Assembly: GCA_965203555.1 (NCBI GenBank)
Contig: CBDBCY010000004.1
Location: forward strand, 128,001 to 192,000
Origin: Acidimicrobiia bacterium
Lineage (GTDB): Bacteria; Actinomycetota; Acidimicrobiia; Spongiisociales; ZC4RG35
DNA: 64,000 nt
Reading direction: 5' to 3'
Shown here: in pieces, positions 9,376-20,460 of the stretch
Layout: each line of letters opens with the position of its first letter
How positions within the stretch are numbered: position 1 is the first letter of the stretch
The notes under the pieces: generated by a model
What the model saw: the letters and a program-made list of their open reading frames with translations, nothing else
The model's database searches: none
What the model was told of the DNA's origin: nothing
Translations under genes and position numbers: made by a program

Positions 9376-11178
9376 TTGTCTTCTCGTTCCCTGATCAGGA
9401 ACTTCTGCATAATCGCCCACATCGACCACGGTAAGTCCACCCTGGCCGATCGTCTCTTGGAATCGGCAGGGGCAGTTTCCCAGCGAGACATGCGAGACCA
9501 GGTGCTCGACACCATGGACCTGGAGCGAGAACGCGGGATCACCATCAAGGCGCAGGCGGTCCGGTTGGACCACCCGGCATCCGATGGCCGCACCTACATC
9601 CTCAACCTGATCGATACTCCCGGCCACGTGGACTTCTCCTATGAGGTCTCCCGATCGCTGGCCGCCTGCGAGGGGGCGCTTCTGCTGGTGGACGCCAACC
9701 AGGGCGTGCAGGCGCAAACGGTGGCCAACGCCTATCTGGCCGTGGAAGCAGGACTCGAAGTCATCCCGGTGGTCAACAAGATAGACCTTCCCTCGGCCGA
9801 ACCGGAACAGGCTGCCGAAGAACTGTCAAGGATTCTGGGCGGCGACCCGGCCGACGCCATTTTCATCTCCGCCAAGACGGGGGAGGGGATCGATGAACTC
9901 ACCCAACGCATCGTGGAGATGGTCCCGCCTCCGTCCGGTGACGAGAATCTGCCGCTTTCGGCACTGATCTTCGACTCCTATTACGACATATACAGGGGAG
10001 TTGTGTGTTACGTCCGGGTTATGGAGGGAACCCTTGCGGCAGGGGAGCGGGTGATGTTCATGGCCAGCGGCGAGAAGCGAGACGCCGCCGAAGTCGGAGT
10101 GCTCACCCCTGCCTCCGCGCCGGTGCGGGCCTTGGGGGCCGGAGAGGTGGGGTACCTGATAACTGGCGCCAAGGAAATCGACCGGGTGCGGGTGGGGGAC
10201 ACGGTCACCTCCGCGTATCGACCGACAACCCGAGCCCTGGCAGGCTATACCGATCCCCGGCCGATGGTGTTCGCAGGGATATTTCCCACCGACGGCGACG
10301 ACTATCCCCGCTTGCGAGAGGCCCTGGAGAAACTTCAGCTAAACGACGCTTCCCTGCAGATCGCCCCGGAGTTCTCCCAGGCACTGGGATTCGGGTTCAG
10401 GTGTGGCTTCCTGGGTCTTCTGCACATGGAGATCGTGCGGGAACGGCTGGAAAGGGAGTATGACCTGGATCTGGTCACAACCGCACCCTCGGTGGCATAC
10501 CGCGTAACCCTTCCCGGGAGAGAACCCGATGAAGTCAGGTCCCCGGCCGATTTCCCCGCGCCGGGGAAAGAAGTGAAGGTGGAAGAACCCTGGATAAGGG
10601 CGCTGATTCTGGTGCCGCCCGAATTCCTGGGGGCGGTGATGGAGATACTCACTTCTCGGCGCGGCGAACTTGGTCCGATCAATTATCTTGGCGCCGAACG
10701 GGTGGAGATGACTTGCCGCCTTCCCCTGGCGGAGGTGGTGTTCGACTTCTATGATCAACTCAAGTCCAAGACCAGGGGCTTTGCCTCCCTCGACTACGAA
10801 CCGGACGGCTACCAACGATCGGACCTGGTGAAGGTGGACCTGTTACTCAACGGCTCGCCGGTGGATGCCTTCTCGGCAGTGGTGCATCGTCAAAAGGCCT
10901 ACGGATACGGACGGGAGATGGTCACGCGGCTCAAAAAGCTCATACCCCGGCAATTGTTCGACGTTCCCATCCAGGCGGCTGTCGGAAGCCGGGTGATCTC
11001 CCGAGAAACCATCCGGGCCAAGCGCAAGGATGTGCTGGCCAAGTGCTATGGCGGCGACGTCACTCGCAAGAAAAAACTGCTGGCACGTCAGAAGGAAGGG
11101 AAGCGGCGGATGAAAATGGTGGGATCGGTGGAAGTGCCGTCCGAGGCGTTCGTGGCGGCTCTTCAGGTAAGGGATTGA
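9376..11178 (+). CDS. lepA: Translation elongation factor 4 LepA
   Basis: [20 protein letters not shown]; [19 protein letters not shown]. Confidence 0.98.
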   Translation: MSSRSLIRNFCIIAHIDHGKSTLADRLLESAGAVSQRDMRDQVLDTMDLERERGITIKAQAVRLDHPASDGRTYILNLIDTPGHVDFSYEVSRSLAACEGALLLVDANQGVQAQTVANAYLAVEAGLEVIPVVNKIDLPSAEPEQAAEELSRILGGDPADAIFISAKTGEGIDELTQRIVEMVPPPSGDENLPLSALIFDSYYDIYRGVVCYVRVMEGTLAAGERVMFMASGEKRDAAEVGVLTPASAPVRALGAGEVGYLITGAKEIDRVRVGDTVTSAYRPTTRALAGYTDPRPMVFAGIFPTDGDDYPRLREALEKLQLNDASLQIAPEFSQALGFGFRCGFLGLLHMEIVRERLEREYDLDLVTTAPSVAYRVTLPGREPDEVRSPADFPAPGKEVKVEEPWIRALILVPPEFLGAVMEILTSRRGELGPINYLGAERVEMTCRLPLAEVVFDFYDQLKSKTRGFASLDYEPDGYQRSDLVKVDLLLNGSPVDAFSAVVHRQKAYGYGREMVTRLKKLIPRQLFDVPIQAAVGSRVISRETIRAKRKDVLAKCYGGDVTRKKKLLARQKEGKRRMKMVGSVEVPSEAFVAALQVRD

Positions 11179-12386
11179 GCCTTCCCGACCAACCGTTGCT
11201 CTCTCCGGATGACCCTGACCTGGCGGAACAGGCGAGCAAATGGCGCTCGCTCTATCTGCACATTCCGTTCTGCGAGCAGGTCTGTCCCTACTGTGACTTC
11301 GCGGTGGCTGCGGGAGAGGACCATCTCGCCTCCCGCTATTCCAAGGCGCTGATCGCCGAGATCCGCTCCGCCCCTGAATGGGGGCCCCTGGAGGCCGTCA
11401 ACTTCGGGGGAGGCACCCCGTCTCGGATGCCGGTCCGATGGTTGCGGAAGATCCTGGAAGAGGCGATCTGTCGTTTTGGTCTCGCCGCGGGAGCGGAGGT
11501 GAGTCTGGAGGCCAATCCCGAGGATTGGACACCGGGCAAGGCGTCGCAACTGGTGGCCGCCGGGTTCAACCGGGTGTCGTTGGGCGCCCAGTCCTTCGAC
11601 CCGGTGGTGCTTGCCTACCTGGGGCGCCGGCACAGCCCCGAAGACATCACCCGGTCGGTGGCCGCTGCCCGAAGCGCCGGATTCCGGTCGGTGAACCTGG
11701 ATCTGATAATGGGATCCCCACCCGAGGACGCCGCGTCGTGGTCGGCCACTTTACGGCGCGCCTTAGCTTGCGAGCCGGACCATCTCTCCACCTACGCCCT
11801 GACGGTGGAACCGGGAACCGTGCTGTGGAAGAAGGTCCGATCCGGCGCAAGCGCTCCGGACGCCGATAGGCAGGCCGATTGCTGGGAGGAGGCGGACAAG
11901 GTGTGCCGGGCGGCGGGACTGGTGCGATATGAAGTCTCCAACGCCGCCCGGCCCGGGCACCCTTGCCGCTACAACCTCTCCGTGTGGGGCCAGGGAGAGT
12001 ACCTGGGGTTCGGAAACGGGGCTCACTCCTTTCAACAGGGGCGAAGGTGGGAGAACGTACGGGACCTGCGCCGTTACCTGGATGCTGTGGAAAGCGGTGC
12101 ATCACCGGGCAGAAGATACGAGAAAGTAGAAGGGTGGTCGGCGGAGACGGAGCGCCTGCTGCTGGGCATCCGGAGGCGGGCCGGCGTGAAGAAAGGCAAG
12201 GCGGGTGGAGTGCTGTGGCATTCAGGGCCGGGCCGCAGGCTCAGGGCGGCAGAGGTAATCAGTTCGCACCGGGGACGTCTTCGAGTGGAGCGTCCCCTGT
12301 TGACCGACGAGGTGAGCCGGGCCATCCTGGCCATCCGGCCACCGGGTGAGAGCCGAACCGGGTCCCTGGAGGAAAGCCTTTCATAG
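11175..12386 (+). CDS. hemW: Radical SAM heme chaperone HemW
   Basis: [32 protein letters not shown]; TTG start overlaps the lepA stop. Confidence 0.9.
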   Translation: MSLPDQPLLSPDDPDLAEQASKWRSLYLHIPFCEQVCPYCDFAVAAGEDHLASRYSKALIAEIRSAPEWGPLEAVNFGGGTPSRMPVRWLRKILEEAICRFGLAAGAEVSLEANPEDWTPGKASQLVAAGFNRVSLGAQSFDPVVLAYLGRRHSPEDITRSVAAARSAGFRSVNLDLIMGSPPEDAASWSATLRRALACEPDHLSTYALTVEPGTVLWKKVRSGASAPDADRQADCWEEADKVCRAAGLVRYEVSNAARPGHPCRYNLSVWGQGEYLGFGNGAHSFQQGRRWENVRDLRRYLDAVESGASPGRRYEKVEGWSAETERLLLGIRRRAGVKKGKAGGVLWHSGPGRRLRAAEVISSHRGRLRVERPLLTDEVSRAILAIRPPGESRTGSLEESLS

Positions 12387-12404
12387 TTTGGTACTCTGAG
12401 GGCA

Positions 12405-13397
12405 ATGCTGGAGGATCGCCGCGCCGAGATATTGCGTTCCCTCGTGGAGTGCCACATACGGACCGGAGCCCCGGTGAGCTCCCAGATGGTCCTTGAGCAC
12501 AGCGATCTGGAAGTCTCCCCCGCCACCGTCCGAAAAGAGTTGGCCCGGTTGGAAGAGGACGGGTATGCAGACCAACCTCACACCTCGGCCGGCCGGATTC
12601 CCACGGCTGCGGCCTACCGCTTTTACGTGGACAACCATGCGGCCTTCCAGTTGCGCCGGGCGGTTCGCTCCCGCATCTCGTCTTTTTTCGCCGAGGTGGA
12701 GTTGGAATTGGACCGGTTGCTTCACTCCACTACCCGCCTCCTGTCCGACATCACCCGGTTGCCGGCGGTGGTGGTGGGTCCCCACCTGGCTGCGGAGCGC
12801 ATTCGCAGCATTCACCTGGTGTCCCTGCAACTGCGTATGGCCCTGCTGGTCGTGGTCACGGAATCGGCGCGGGTACTGCAGGAGATCTGCCGCCTTCCGG
12901 CGCCTTTGACCGGAACGGAGATTTCGGAAATGGAGACGCTGCTTCGCAGTCACGCCCTGGGATCACCGCTCGGTTTGCCGGCCCCGCCCGCCGTTGCCGC
13001 GCCCGGGGTCGGGGGTCCGTCCTTTCAAAGTTGCTTCCAGGAGGTTTGGGACACCCTGGAGAGAACTGCGCGGCGAGCGTCCGATGTCTACGTGATGGGA
13101 ACCGGACGATCGGCCCATCTGTGGGATGATCTGGATGCGGTCGCCCAGGTGTTGGGGGTGCTGGAGAGGGAGGCGGCAGTGCTCAACCTGTTGGCCGCCG
13201 ATCCGGGCATCAACATCCGCATCGGGGAGGAGATTCCCGATCTGGAAATGGATCTGGCAGTGATCTCCACCTCGTTCATGGCCGGAAACTCCGCCGGACG
13301 GATTGGAGTCCTGGGGCCGATGCGCATGGACTACGGCCGTGCCATCTCGGTGTTGCAGAGAGTAAGCGCCGGGCTGGCCGATCGCATCGCCGTCTGA
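12405..13397 (+). CDS. hrcA: Heat-inducible repressor HrcA
   Basis: VSPATVRKELARLEEDGY..QPHTSAGRIPT; GVLGPMRMDY. Confidence 0.95.
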   Translation: MLEDRRAEILRSLVECHIRTGAPVSSQMVLEHSDLEVSPATVRKELARLEEDGYADQPHTSAGRIPTAAAYRFYVDNHAAFQLRRAVRSRISSFFAEVELELDRLLHSTTRLLSDITRLPAVVVGPHLAAERIRSIHLVSLQLRMALLVVVTESARVLQEICRLPAPLTGTEISEMETLLRSHALGSPLGLPAPPAVAAPGVGGPSFQSCFQEVWDTLERTARRASDVYVMGTGRSAHLWDDLDAVAQVLGVLEREAAVLNLLAADPGINIRIGEEIPDLEMDLAVISTSFMAGNSAGRIGVLGPMRMDYGRAISVLQRVSAGLADRIAV

Positions 13398-13410
13398 ACA
13401 ACCGGTACCG

Positions 13411-14509
13411 ATGGCCAAGGACTATTACCAGATTCTGGGAGTGGATCGCGAAGCCGACTCCAACCAGATCAAGAGGGCCTTCAGAAAACTCGCCCGCCAG
13501 ACCCATCCCGACGCCAATCCCGGAGATCCTCAGGCGGAAGCCCGATTCAGGGAAGTGGCGGAAGCATACGAGGTGCTGTCCGACCCGGATCGCCGCCGGT
13601 CCTATGACCAGGGGGAGCAGATCGACATCTCGGGTATGTTCGGTGATCTCGACGACCTGCTTCGCTCGGTATTCGGAGGGTCGGGTTTCTTTGGGGGTCA
13701 AGGCGCCTCTCAACGTTCCCGCGGGCAGGACATCCTGGTGAGAGTCGGACTGAGTTTGGAAGAGGCGGCGTTCGGCGTTGAAAAGAGAGTGGAATTCGAA
13801 GCCCAGGCGGCCTGTTCCACTTGTGGTGGGGACGGGGGCGGCCGCCGGGTCTGAGATAACTTCGTGCCGGGGGTGTGGGGGATCAGGGATGCTGCGCTCC
13901 ACGCGTTCCAGCTTCTTCGGGTCGATGGTGACTACCTCCACCTGTCTCCGATGCGGGGGGAGAGGTCGGGAAGTCACCCAGATCTGTGGAAAGTGCCAAG
14001 GCGCGGGTGTCCATCCCGAGCGTCAGGCTCTGAAGGTCGAAATACCGGCCGGGGTTTCGGAGGGAACTCGTCTCCGCCTGAGAGGCAGGGGGGCGGCCGC
14101 TCCCCTGGGAGGCATGCCGGGGGATCTGTATGTGGAGGTGCTGGTTCGTTCCGACAGCCGGTTTGAGAGAGAGGGGGACCATCTCTACCATCGGGTCACG
14201 GTCGGGATCGCAGAGGCGGCTCTGGGAGCGGAAGTGAAGATACCGCTGCTCGAGGGCGGCTTCCACACTCTTCGCGTCCCGCCCGGTACCCAGCCGGGAT
14301 GGGTCAGTCGGCTGCCGGGACATGGAACGCCTCTCATGGGTGGAAGACGGAGGGGGGACATGTTGGTGGAGGTGGAGGTTGAGATTCCCAGGACGGTTTC
14401 CCGTGAAGAGGAGGACCTGCTGAGAGAACTGGCCGACCTGCGAGGGGAGTCTCCGCTGCCTCGATCTTTTCGAAGGGCAAGACGCCGGAGATCCGGCAAA
14501 AGACGGTAG
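13411..14509 (+). CDS. dnaJ: Chaperone DnaJ with a 1-nt insertion frameshift at ~13828-13838 (probable sequencing error)
   Basis: J domain (HPD) and first CxxC in ORF 13411-13854; remaining CxxCxGxG repeats and C-domain in ORF 13778-14509; removing one G joins the two. Confidence 0.9.
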
Positions 14510-14573
14510 GAAGGAGGGCATTTTGGTAGGGTTGGCCAAAAGGTGGCACATATAACCGCACGGACCGCTTTGC

Positions 14574-14924
14574 ATGGGAGGTTCGGTGAATAGCGATTGT
14601 CTCTTCTGCAGGATCGTGGAGGGATCAGTCCCTGCCGACATAGTGGCGGAATCCGAAGGCGCCGTTGCATTCCGCGATATAAATCCACAGGCGCCCACCC
14701 ATGTCCTGATCATTCCCCGTCGGCATGTCGAATCGTTGGAGGAGGTGGACGACTCTCAAATGATGGGGGACCTGGTGAGCCTGGCCAAGGTGGTGGCGTC
14801 CCTGGAAGGACTTGACAATGGCTGGAGGCTGGTCGCCAATGTCGGACCGGACGCAGGCCAGACAGTGTTTCACCTCCATCTACATTTGTTGGGCGGCCGC
14901 CGGATGGGGTGGCCGCCGGGATGA
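14574..14924 (+). CDS. Histidine triad (HIT) nucleotide-binding protein
   Basis: CLFCRI, FRDINPQAPTHVLIIP, GQTVFHLHLHLLGG. Confidence 0.93.
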   Translation: MGGSVNSDCLFCRIVEGSVPADIVAESEGAVAFRDINPQAPTHVLIIPRRHVESLEEVDDSQMMGDLVSLAKVVASLEGLDNGWRLVANVGPDAGQTVFHLHLHLLGGRRMGWPPG

Positions 14925-14974
14925 ATCTGTGGATACCTCTTACTGCCGGGGCGTCGCGGGTTCGATCTGTCTAG

Positions 14975-15973
14975 ATGAGCACTGAGACTGTTCACCGAGA
15001 GGTGGTGGTTCCCAGCCAACACCTGTTGCGGGATTTGCTGGGGACCAGCGATTCCTATTTTCGGGTGCTGCAGGAGTCCTTTCCGGAGGTGCGGATGGTG
15101 GCGCGCGGTGCCAACGTTTCACTCCGGGGCCCTTCGGACGAGGTTGGTTTGGCCGAGTCGGTGATCAATGAACTTCTCCTGCTCGTACAGGAGGGCGCCT
15201 CTCTGGCCGGACAGGTCGGTTCGGTAGTGCAGATGGTCCGAGATGATCTTCCCGATCCCGCCGTCGTGTTGAGCGCTACCTTGTCGGTGGGGCGCGGCAG
15301 ACTGGTAAGAGTGAAGACCCACCGCCAGTTGCTCTATGTCCAATCCATTCGGGAGAACACCGCCACCTTCGCGGTGGGCCCGGCCGGGACGGGCAAGACC
15401 TATCTGGCCATGGCGGCGGCAGTGGAAGCTCTGACACAGGGGAGTTGTCAACGAATCGTCCTGACCCGCCCGGCGGTGGAGGCGGGGGAGCGTCTTGGCT
15501 TTCTTCCCGGCGACCTTTCCGCCAAGGTGGATCCTTACCTGCGCCCCCTCTATGATGCGTTGTGGGCGATGCTGGGACCCGATGAGACATCCCGTTTGAT
15601 TGATCGGGGAACAATCGAGATCGCACCTCTCGCCTATATGAGGGGCCGAACGCTCAACGATGCCTGCGTCATCCTGGACGAGGCGCAGAACACATCTCCC
15701 GAGCAGATGAAGATGTTTTTGACCCGGCTGGGTTTCAACTCCAAGATGATCATCACCGGAGATCTCACCCAGACCGATCTCCCCTCGGGCCGCTCTTCCG
15801 GTCTGGAAGTGGTCCGGCACATTCTTGACGGGATTGCCGGGGTGGCCTTTGTGGAACTGACCAGCCGGGATGTGGTGCGGCATCGGGTGGTCGCCGACAT
15901 TATCGATGCCTACCAGCGTTATGAGACTTCCAACTTCGCGTCGGGAGGCCGGGCGAGAAGGGCCGAGAAATGA
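14975..15973 (+). CDS. phoH: PhoH family ATPase
   Basis: GPAGTGKT, RPAVEAGERLGFLPG, DEAQN. Confidence 0.95.
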   Translation: MSTETVHREVVVPSQHLLRDLLGTSDSYFRVLQESFPEVRMVARGANVSLRGPSDEVGLAESVINELLLLVQEGASLAGQVGSVVQMVRDDLPDPAVVLSATLSVGRGRLVRVKTHRQLLYVQSIRENTATFAVGPAGTGKTYLAMAAAVEALTQGSCQRIVLTRPAVEAGERLGFLPGDLSAKVDPYLRPLYDALWAMLGPDETSRLIDRGTIEIAPLAYMRGRTLNDACVILDEAQNTSPEQMKMFLTRLGFNSKMIITGDLTQTDLPSGRSSGLEVVRHILDGIAGVAFVELTSRDVVRHRVVADIIDAYQRYETSNFASGGRARRAEK

Positions 15974-18726
15974 CTACAGGAGATAGACGACCTCCCAGGA
16001 CGGGAGAAAAGTCGCTGATCCGCGGCCTGCTGCTGGTGTCCACGGTGTTGCTGGCCTGGGCCACCCTGACCATCGGCGCCGCCAGCGGAGAAGTCGATCT
16101 GAGAGTAGGAGAGTTGGCCACCCGCAATTACGTCGCTCAGCGGAGCAGCGAGGTCACCGACCAGGAGGCCACCGAGACTCTTCGTGAAGAGGAGGCTGCC
16201 CGAGTGGAGAGTGTCACCACCCGGGACGAGAGCATAGAACAACAGGTCAACGACGACCTGTCGCAGTTGTTCGAGGCGATCAGAAGCGGAGTGCTGGCGC
16301 CCGAACCGGAGTGGGTGGGAACCCTGTCGCTTCCTCCCACCAGTACGACCACTACAACCACCACCGCTGCGGCCCAGCCCACGACCACCACGTCGCCGCC
16401 CACCACCGAGACGGTTCCACCCCTGCAAGGGGAAGAAACTCCCGAAGGCGGCACCGATGGTGAACAAACGCCTCCTGCCGAAAGTCAGGAACAGGAATCG
16501 GATGTAATCACTACCACCACCGAGGCGGCTCAGGCTGCTGAGACTCCCGGGACGAATGCAGTGACCACTGCGGAACAACCGGCCAGGATCAACCTCAGTG
16601 GGAGAGTTTTCCTCGATTTCGACTCGGACGCAGCCATCACCGAGTCGGGCGACTACCCGGACTTGGGAGTGGAGTTGGTGACGGTCCGGGTCGTCTCTCT
16701 CGCCGGTGAGGGATATGACACCCAGACCGATGCCAACGGGCACTTTAGCATTGAGGTGCCGGAAGGGGTATGGGAGGTGGTGGTGGACAGCCAGGATTCT
16801 GATCTCCCTGCGGGTTTCACCATTTACCTTCCCGGGCGAAGCCAAACAGTGGTGTGTTTGGGACAGGGATCGGAGTGTGCCACGCAACCGGTTCCCTTCG
16901 TTCCGCTTCTCCGTTCCGCCCAGGTGCAAAACCAGGAGTTGATCCGTTCCTACCCGCAGTTGAACACTGGCACGGTGGCCACCATGGTGGAGGTTGCCCG
17001 CAACGATGTGATCCGGCAGGTATCGGACATTGCGCCCGGCTTGGTGGAGATCGAGAGGGCGGCCCTTACCTTGATGGTCGAATCTTTTGCCAACGAGATC
17101 AAGAGTGAGGACCTGCTCTCGGCCCAGAGCAGTATCCTGTCGGATCCGCCGGTGGTGTTCATTGACAATGTGCGCAACCCGGCGGCTGGCGAAGCGGCCG
17201 CCGACATCGCCGCGTCCTTCCTGCGCCCGAATTCCCTGCTCGACACCCAGGCCACGGAGGAGTTGCGACAAGCGGCTCGAGAAGCCTTGGAAGAGGTTAC
17301 GGTCTCCTATCGTTCGGGGCAGCCCATAATCGCCGAGGGCGAGCCTCTCACCCGACTGGTCATCGATGTCATATCGGCGACCGGAGCCGCCACCGGAAGA
17401 CCCGTGCAGGAGGCCGGTGTGCTGGTGGTCCTGGGGGCGGTGGTGGCGGTGTTGTCTCTCTTCCTCTACAGGTTCCGCCTCGATCTTTGGGAACAGATCC
17501 CGCTGCTCACCCTGTTCGGGCTTCTCACCGTGCTGGCGGCCGGCGCGGTGCGGGGCGCCACCTTCATAGGTGAGGTATTCGGATACGAAGTGGGCGTATA
17601 TCTGCTCCCAGCGGTGGCTTTCGGGTACTTGACGGCGGTTCTCTTGGACAACCGGGTTGGGCTCCTGATGGCTATTGTCCTGGCGGTGGTGACGGCGGTC
17701 GGCACCCGCGACCCCGGCGCGACCACCTACGCGCTGCTGGCCACCCTGGCGCCGGTGGGATTCGTCTCGGCGGCCTCGAGTCGCCGGGCCTTCCGCAATT
17801 CGGTGGCGGTCTCCGCGGCGGCCTTGGCGGTTATCGCAGCGGCCACTGCGTGGATATTTCACACCAGCATCGCCCAGTCTCCGGTGGGGGTGATGCTGCA
17901 GGCGGGGGTGCTGGCGTTCGCCTCCACCCTGATAGCCGCTCTCGTGGCCCTGGCGTCCATTGCCTTTTTCGAAGGCATCTTCGACGTGACCACCACTCTC
18001 CGTTTGCTCGACTTGACCGATCGCAACCACGAGGCCCTGCAATTGCTGCAAGAGAAGGCTTTCGGTACCTTCAATCATTCCCTGATGGTGGGGACGCTGG
18101 CCAGCGCGGCGGCAAAGGCGATCGGGGCCAACAATCTCTTGGCTCGCGCGGCCGCCTATTACCACGATCTGGGTAAGACGGAGAACCCCGGATTCTTTAT
18201 AGAGAACCAGTTCGGCGCCGTCAATCCGCATGACGAGATGAGACCCGAGGAGTCCGCCGAGGTGATCCGCCGGCATGTGTCCGACGGCATAAGCCTGGCG
18301 ACCCGCTATCAAATCCCCTCATCGGTGAGGGAGGGGATCCTTACTCATCACGGCACCGGGATAATACGCTATTTCTACGACAAGGCCCTGGGCTTGTACG
18401 GGGAGGAAAACGTCGATGTGGATGACTATCGACACATTGGGGCGAAGCCCCGATCCAAGGAAATGGCCATTGTGATGCTGGCCGACGGGGTGGAGGGAGC
18501 ATGCCGGGCCGCTTTCCAGGTCAATTATGGGGAAGGCGCTCCTCCAGAGCCCACCCTGCAAGCCATTGCTGCGGTGATAGACGGGATCATCCGTGAAAAG
18601 ATGTCCGATTACCAGTTGAGCGAAGCCTCCCTCACCTTCAGCGAACTTCAGGCGATTCGCAATGCCTTCGCGGAAGCGATGGCGGGTCACTACCATCAGC
18701 GCATTCGATACCCCAACTTTCCCTGA
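15970..18726 (+). CDS. 7TM-HD (HDIG) phosphohydrolase, PgpH-like, with extracellular Thr-rich and SdrD-B-like insertion
   Basis: N-terminal TM, extracellular region, about 7 TMs, GTFNHSL, YYHDLGK, FFIENQ, THHGT, MLADGVE; phoH-HD-ybeY synteny. Confidence 0.88.
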   Translation: MTTGDRRPPRTGEKSLIRGLLLVSTVLLAWATLTIGAASGEVDLRVGELATRNYVAQRSSEVTDQEATETLREEEAARVESVTTRDESIEQQVNDDLSQLFEAIRSGVLAPEPEWVGTLSLPPTSTTTTTTTAAAQPTTTTSPPTTETVPPLQGEETPEGGTDGEQTPPAESQEQESDVITTTTEAAQAAETPGTNAVTTAEQPARINLSGRVFLDFDSDAAITESGDYPDLGVELVTVRVVSLAGEGYDTQTDANGHFSIEVPEGVWEVVVDSQDSDLPAGFTIYLPGRSQTVVCLGQGSECATQPVPFVPLLRSAQVQNQELIRSYPQLNTGTVATMVEVARNDVIRQVSDIAPGLVEIERAALTLMVESFANEIKSEDLLSAQSSILSDPPVVFIDNVRNPAAGEAAADIAASFLRPNSLLDTQATEELRQAAREALEEVTVSYRSGQPIIAEGEPLTRLVIDVISATGAATGRPVQEAGVLVVLGAVVAVLSLFLYRFRLDLWEQIPLLTLFGLLTVLAAGAVRGATFIGEVFGYEVGVYLLPAVAFGYLTAVLLDNRVGLLMAIVLAVVTAVGTRDPGATTYALLATLAPVGFVSAASSRRAFRNSVAVSAAALAVIAAATAWIFHTSIAQSPVGVMLQAGVLAFASTLIAALVALASIAFFEGIFDVTTTLRLLDLTDRNHEALQLLQEKAFGTFNHSLMVGTLASAAAKAIGANNLLARAAAYYHDLGKTENPGFFIENQFGAVNPHDEMRPEESAEVIRRHVSDGISLATRYQIPSSVREGILTHHGTGIIRYFYDKALGLYGEENVDVDDYRHIGAKPRSKEMAIVMLADGVEGACRAAFQVNYGEGAPPEPTLQAIAAVIDGIIREKMSDYQLSEASLTFSELQAIRNAFAEAMAGHYHQRIRYPNFP

Positions 18727-18782
18727 ATGGAAGACCCTTCATCTAGCAGTCCGAAGGGGCCTCCCGACGCGATCGGCGAGAC

Positions 18783-19256
18783 TTGCAGATGAACGTCCAG
18801 ATTGTTGACGAGCAGGATTCCTCGGTGGATTTGCACCTGCTGGGTCGCTTGGCGGAGGCTGTGCTGCAGGGTGAGGGATACGGTTCGGGATGCATGGTGG
18901 ATGTGACGTTGGTGCCTGACAGGCGGATGAAGGAGATGAACCTTCAACACCGTGGCCGCGAGGGTCCCACCGATGTCTTGGCGCTTCCCCTGCAAGTTAT
19001 AGATCCGACCCGCAGCGCCCGCGCTCCCCGGAGGGGCGGGCCTCCCCTCCACCTGGGCGATGTGGTGATCGCTCCAGGCTATGTGAGTCGTCAATCGGAC
19101 GTGGGGGGCTGGAACTTTGCTGAGGAAATGGGTTTGATGGTGGTGCATGGTGTCTTGCATCTGTTGGGCTACCGGCACGATTCCGACCGGCAAGCTGTGG
19201 TAATGGAGAACCGGGAACGGCGCGTTTTGGCCGGGGAGGGCTTGAGGAGGCGATGA
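18783..19256 (+). CDS. ybeY: rRNA maturation endoribonuclease YbeY
   Basis: PTDVL, LGDVVI, HGVLHLLGYRH. Confidence 0.95.
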   Translation: MQMNVQIVDEQDSSVDLHLLGRLAEAVLQGEGYGSGCMVDVTLVPDRRMKEMNLQHRGREGPTDVLALPLQVIDPTRSARAPRRGGPPLHLGDVVIAPGYVSRQSDVGGWNFAEEMGLMVVHGVLHLLGYRHDSDRQAVVMENRERRVLAGEGLRRR

Positions 19257-20431
19257 TGCTGATCTGGCTCGGGGCCGCACTGATGGTGATTGCCGCGCTG
19301 CTACGGATGGGACTGGGCGCTCTGGCGGGTATGGACAGAGCCGGCGAAGCCCAGGCTGCGGCGGAAGGCCACTTCAGAGCGGAGCGCCACAACCGCATTC
19401 TGAGAGGGGATCGCTGGATGGTCATGGCCGGATGGCGGATGGAAGGCGCCTTCACCATTGTGGCGGTGGTGCTGCTGACGGCGGGACTCTCTGCCGCCGG
19501 TCTCGGCGCGTGGGAAGCCGCGGCATGGGCGGTGGTGTCCATCCTGGCGGTACGAGTGGTCGCCGGCTGGACGGCTCGCCGGTGGGAGGGGGCGGAGCGA
19601 ATGAGCGGACTGGTGGAGTTGTCCGCACGTTTCCACGCCCGGTTGTGGAAGCCTCCCTCGTCCCTTGACGCCGACACTCCCCAGTCCGAGGAGCAGGAAA
19701 TATCAGAGGAGAAAGAAATGATCTCCTCGGTGTTGGAGTTCTCCGACACCATTGTGCGGGAAGTGATGGTGCCCCGCACCGACATGGTGACCGTCACGGT
19801 GGACGCCGAGTTGGACGAACTGGCGGAAGTCGTCAAAGAATACGGATTCTCCCGATTTCCGGTATTGGATGGAGGAATAGACCGGGTAGTGGGAATGGCC
19901 CTGGCCAAGGATCTCATTTCGATCCTGGTGGAAGGCGGAAACGGCGCCACGGTCAGGGACATTCAACGGACTCCGCTGTATGTGCCGGAAACCAAGGCGG
20001 TCTCCGATTTGTTGCGGGAGATGCGCCGCAACGGAGACCACATGGCGGTAGTGATCGATGAACACGGCGGGACAGCGGGGCTGGTCACCATCGAAGATTT
20101 GCTGGAGGAGTTGGTCGGGGAGATCGTGGATGAGCACGACGAGCAGGATGAATGGGTGAGGGCGAAGGAAGGGGGAGTGTTGCATGTGGACGGACGCTTC
20201 CCGGTGGATGACCTGGGTGACTTGTTGGGCGTAAAACTGCCTCAAGAGGAGTGGGACACGGTGGGTGGGTTGGTGCTTGCCTTGGCCGGCAGGGTCCCGG
20301 AAGTGGGAGAAACCCTCTCCACCCACGGCGTGGAATTCGTGGTCAGGGAAGTTCTCGGACATCGGGTGTCGGAGTTGCGGGTCCAGCGCAGTGGCGAGAT
20401 GTTCGGGGAAGGGATGAGAGCAGTCGGTTAG
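19253..20431 (+). CDS. CorC/HlyC (CNNM) CBS-domain membrane protein
   Basis: N-terminal TMs, VREVMVPR, SRFPV, VIDEHGGTAGLVTIEDLLEELVGEI, CorC_HlyC C-terminus. Confidence 0.9.
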   Translation: MMLIWLGAALMVIAALLRMGLGALAGMDRAGEAQAAAEGHFRAERHNRILRGDRWMVMAGWRMEGAFTIVAVVLLTAGLSAAGLGAWEAAAWAVVSILAVRVVAGWTARRWEGAERMSGLVELSARFHARLWKPPSSLDADTPQSEEQEISEEKEMISSVLEFSDTIVREVMVPRTDMVTVTVDAELDELAEVVKEYGFSRFPVLDGGIDRVVGMALAKDLISILVEGGNGATVRDIQRTPLYVPETKAVSDLLREMRRNGDHMAVVIDEHGGTAGLVTIEDLLEELVGEIVDEHDEQDEWVRAKEGGVLHVDGRFPVDDLGDLLGVKLPQEEWDTVGGLVLALAGRVPEVGETLSTHGVEFVVREVLGHRVSELRVQRSGEMFGEGMRAVG

Positions 20432-20460
20432 CCCTTGTTCGCCGGAAACTGTTCAGTATC

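Noticed and set aside
12385-12420. Possible CIRCE operator upstream of hrcA (TTGGTACTC)
   Set aside because: Only a degenerate half-site with no matching inverted half at 9 nt; TACTCT more likely serves as a leaderless -10.
15919-18312. Long antisense ORFs (e.g. 797 aa here and 733 aa at 22349-24550)
   Set aside because: Typical high-GC shadow frames opposite well-supported genes.
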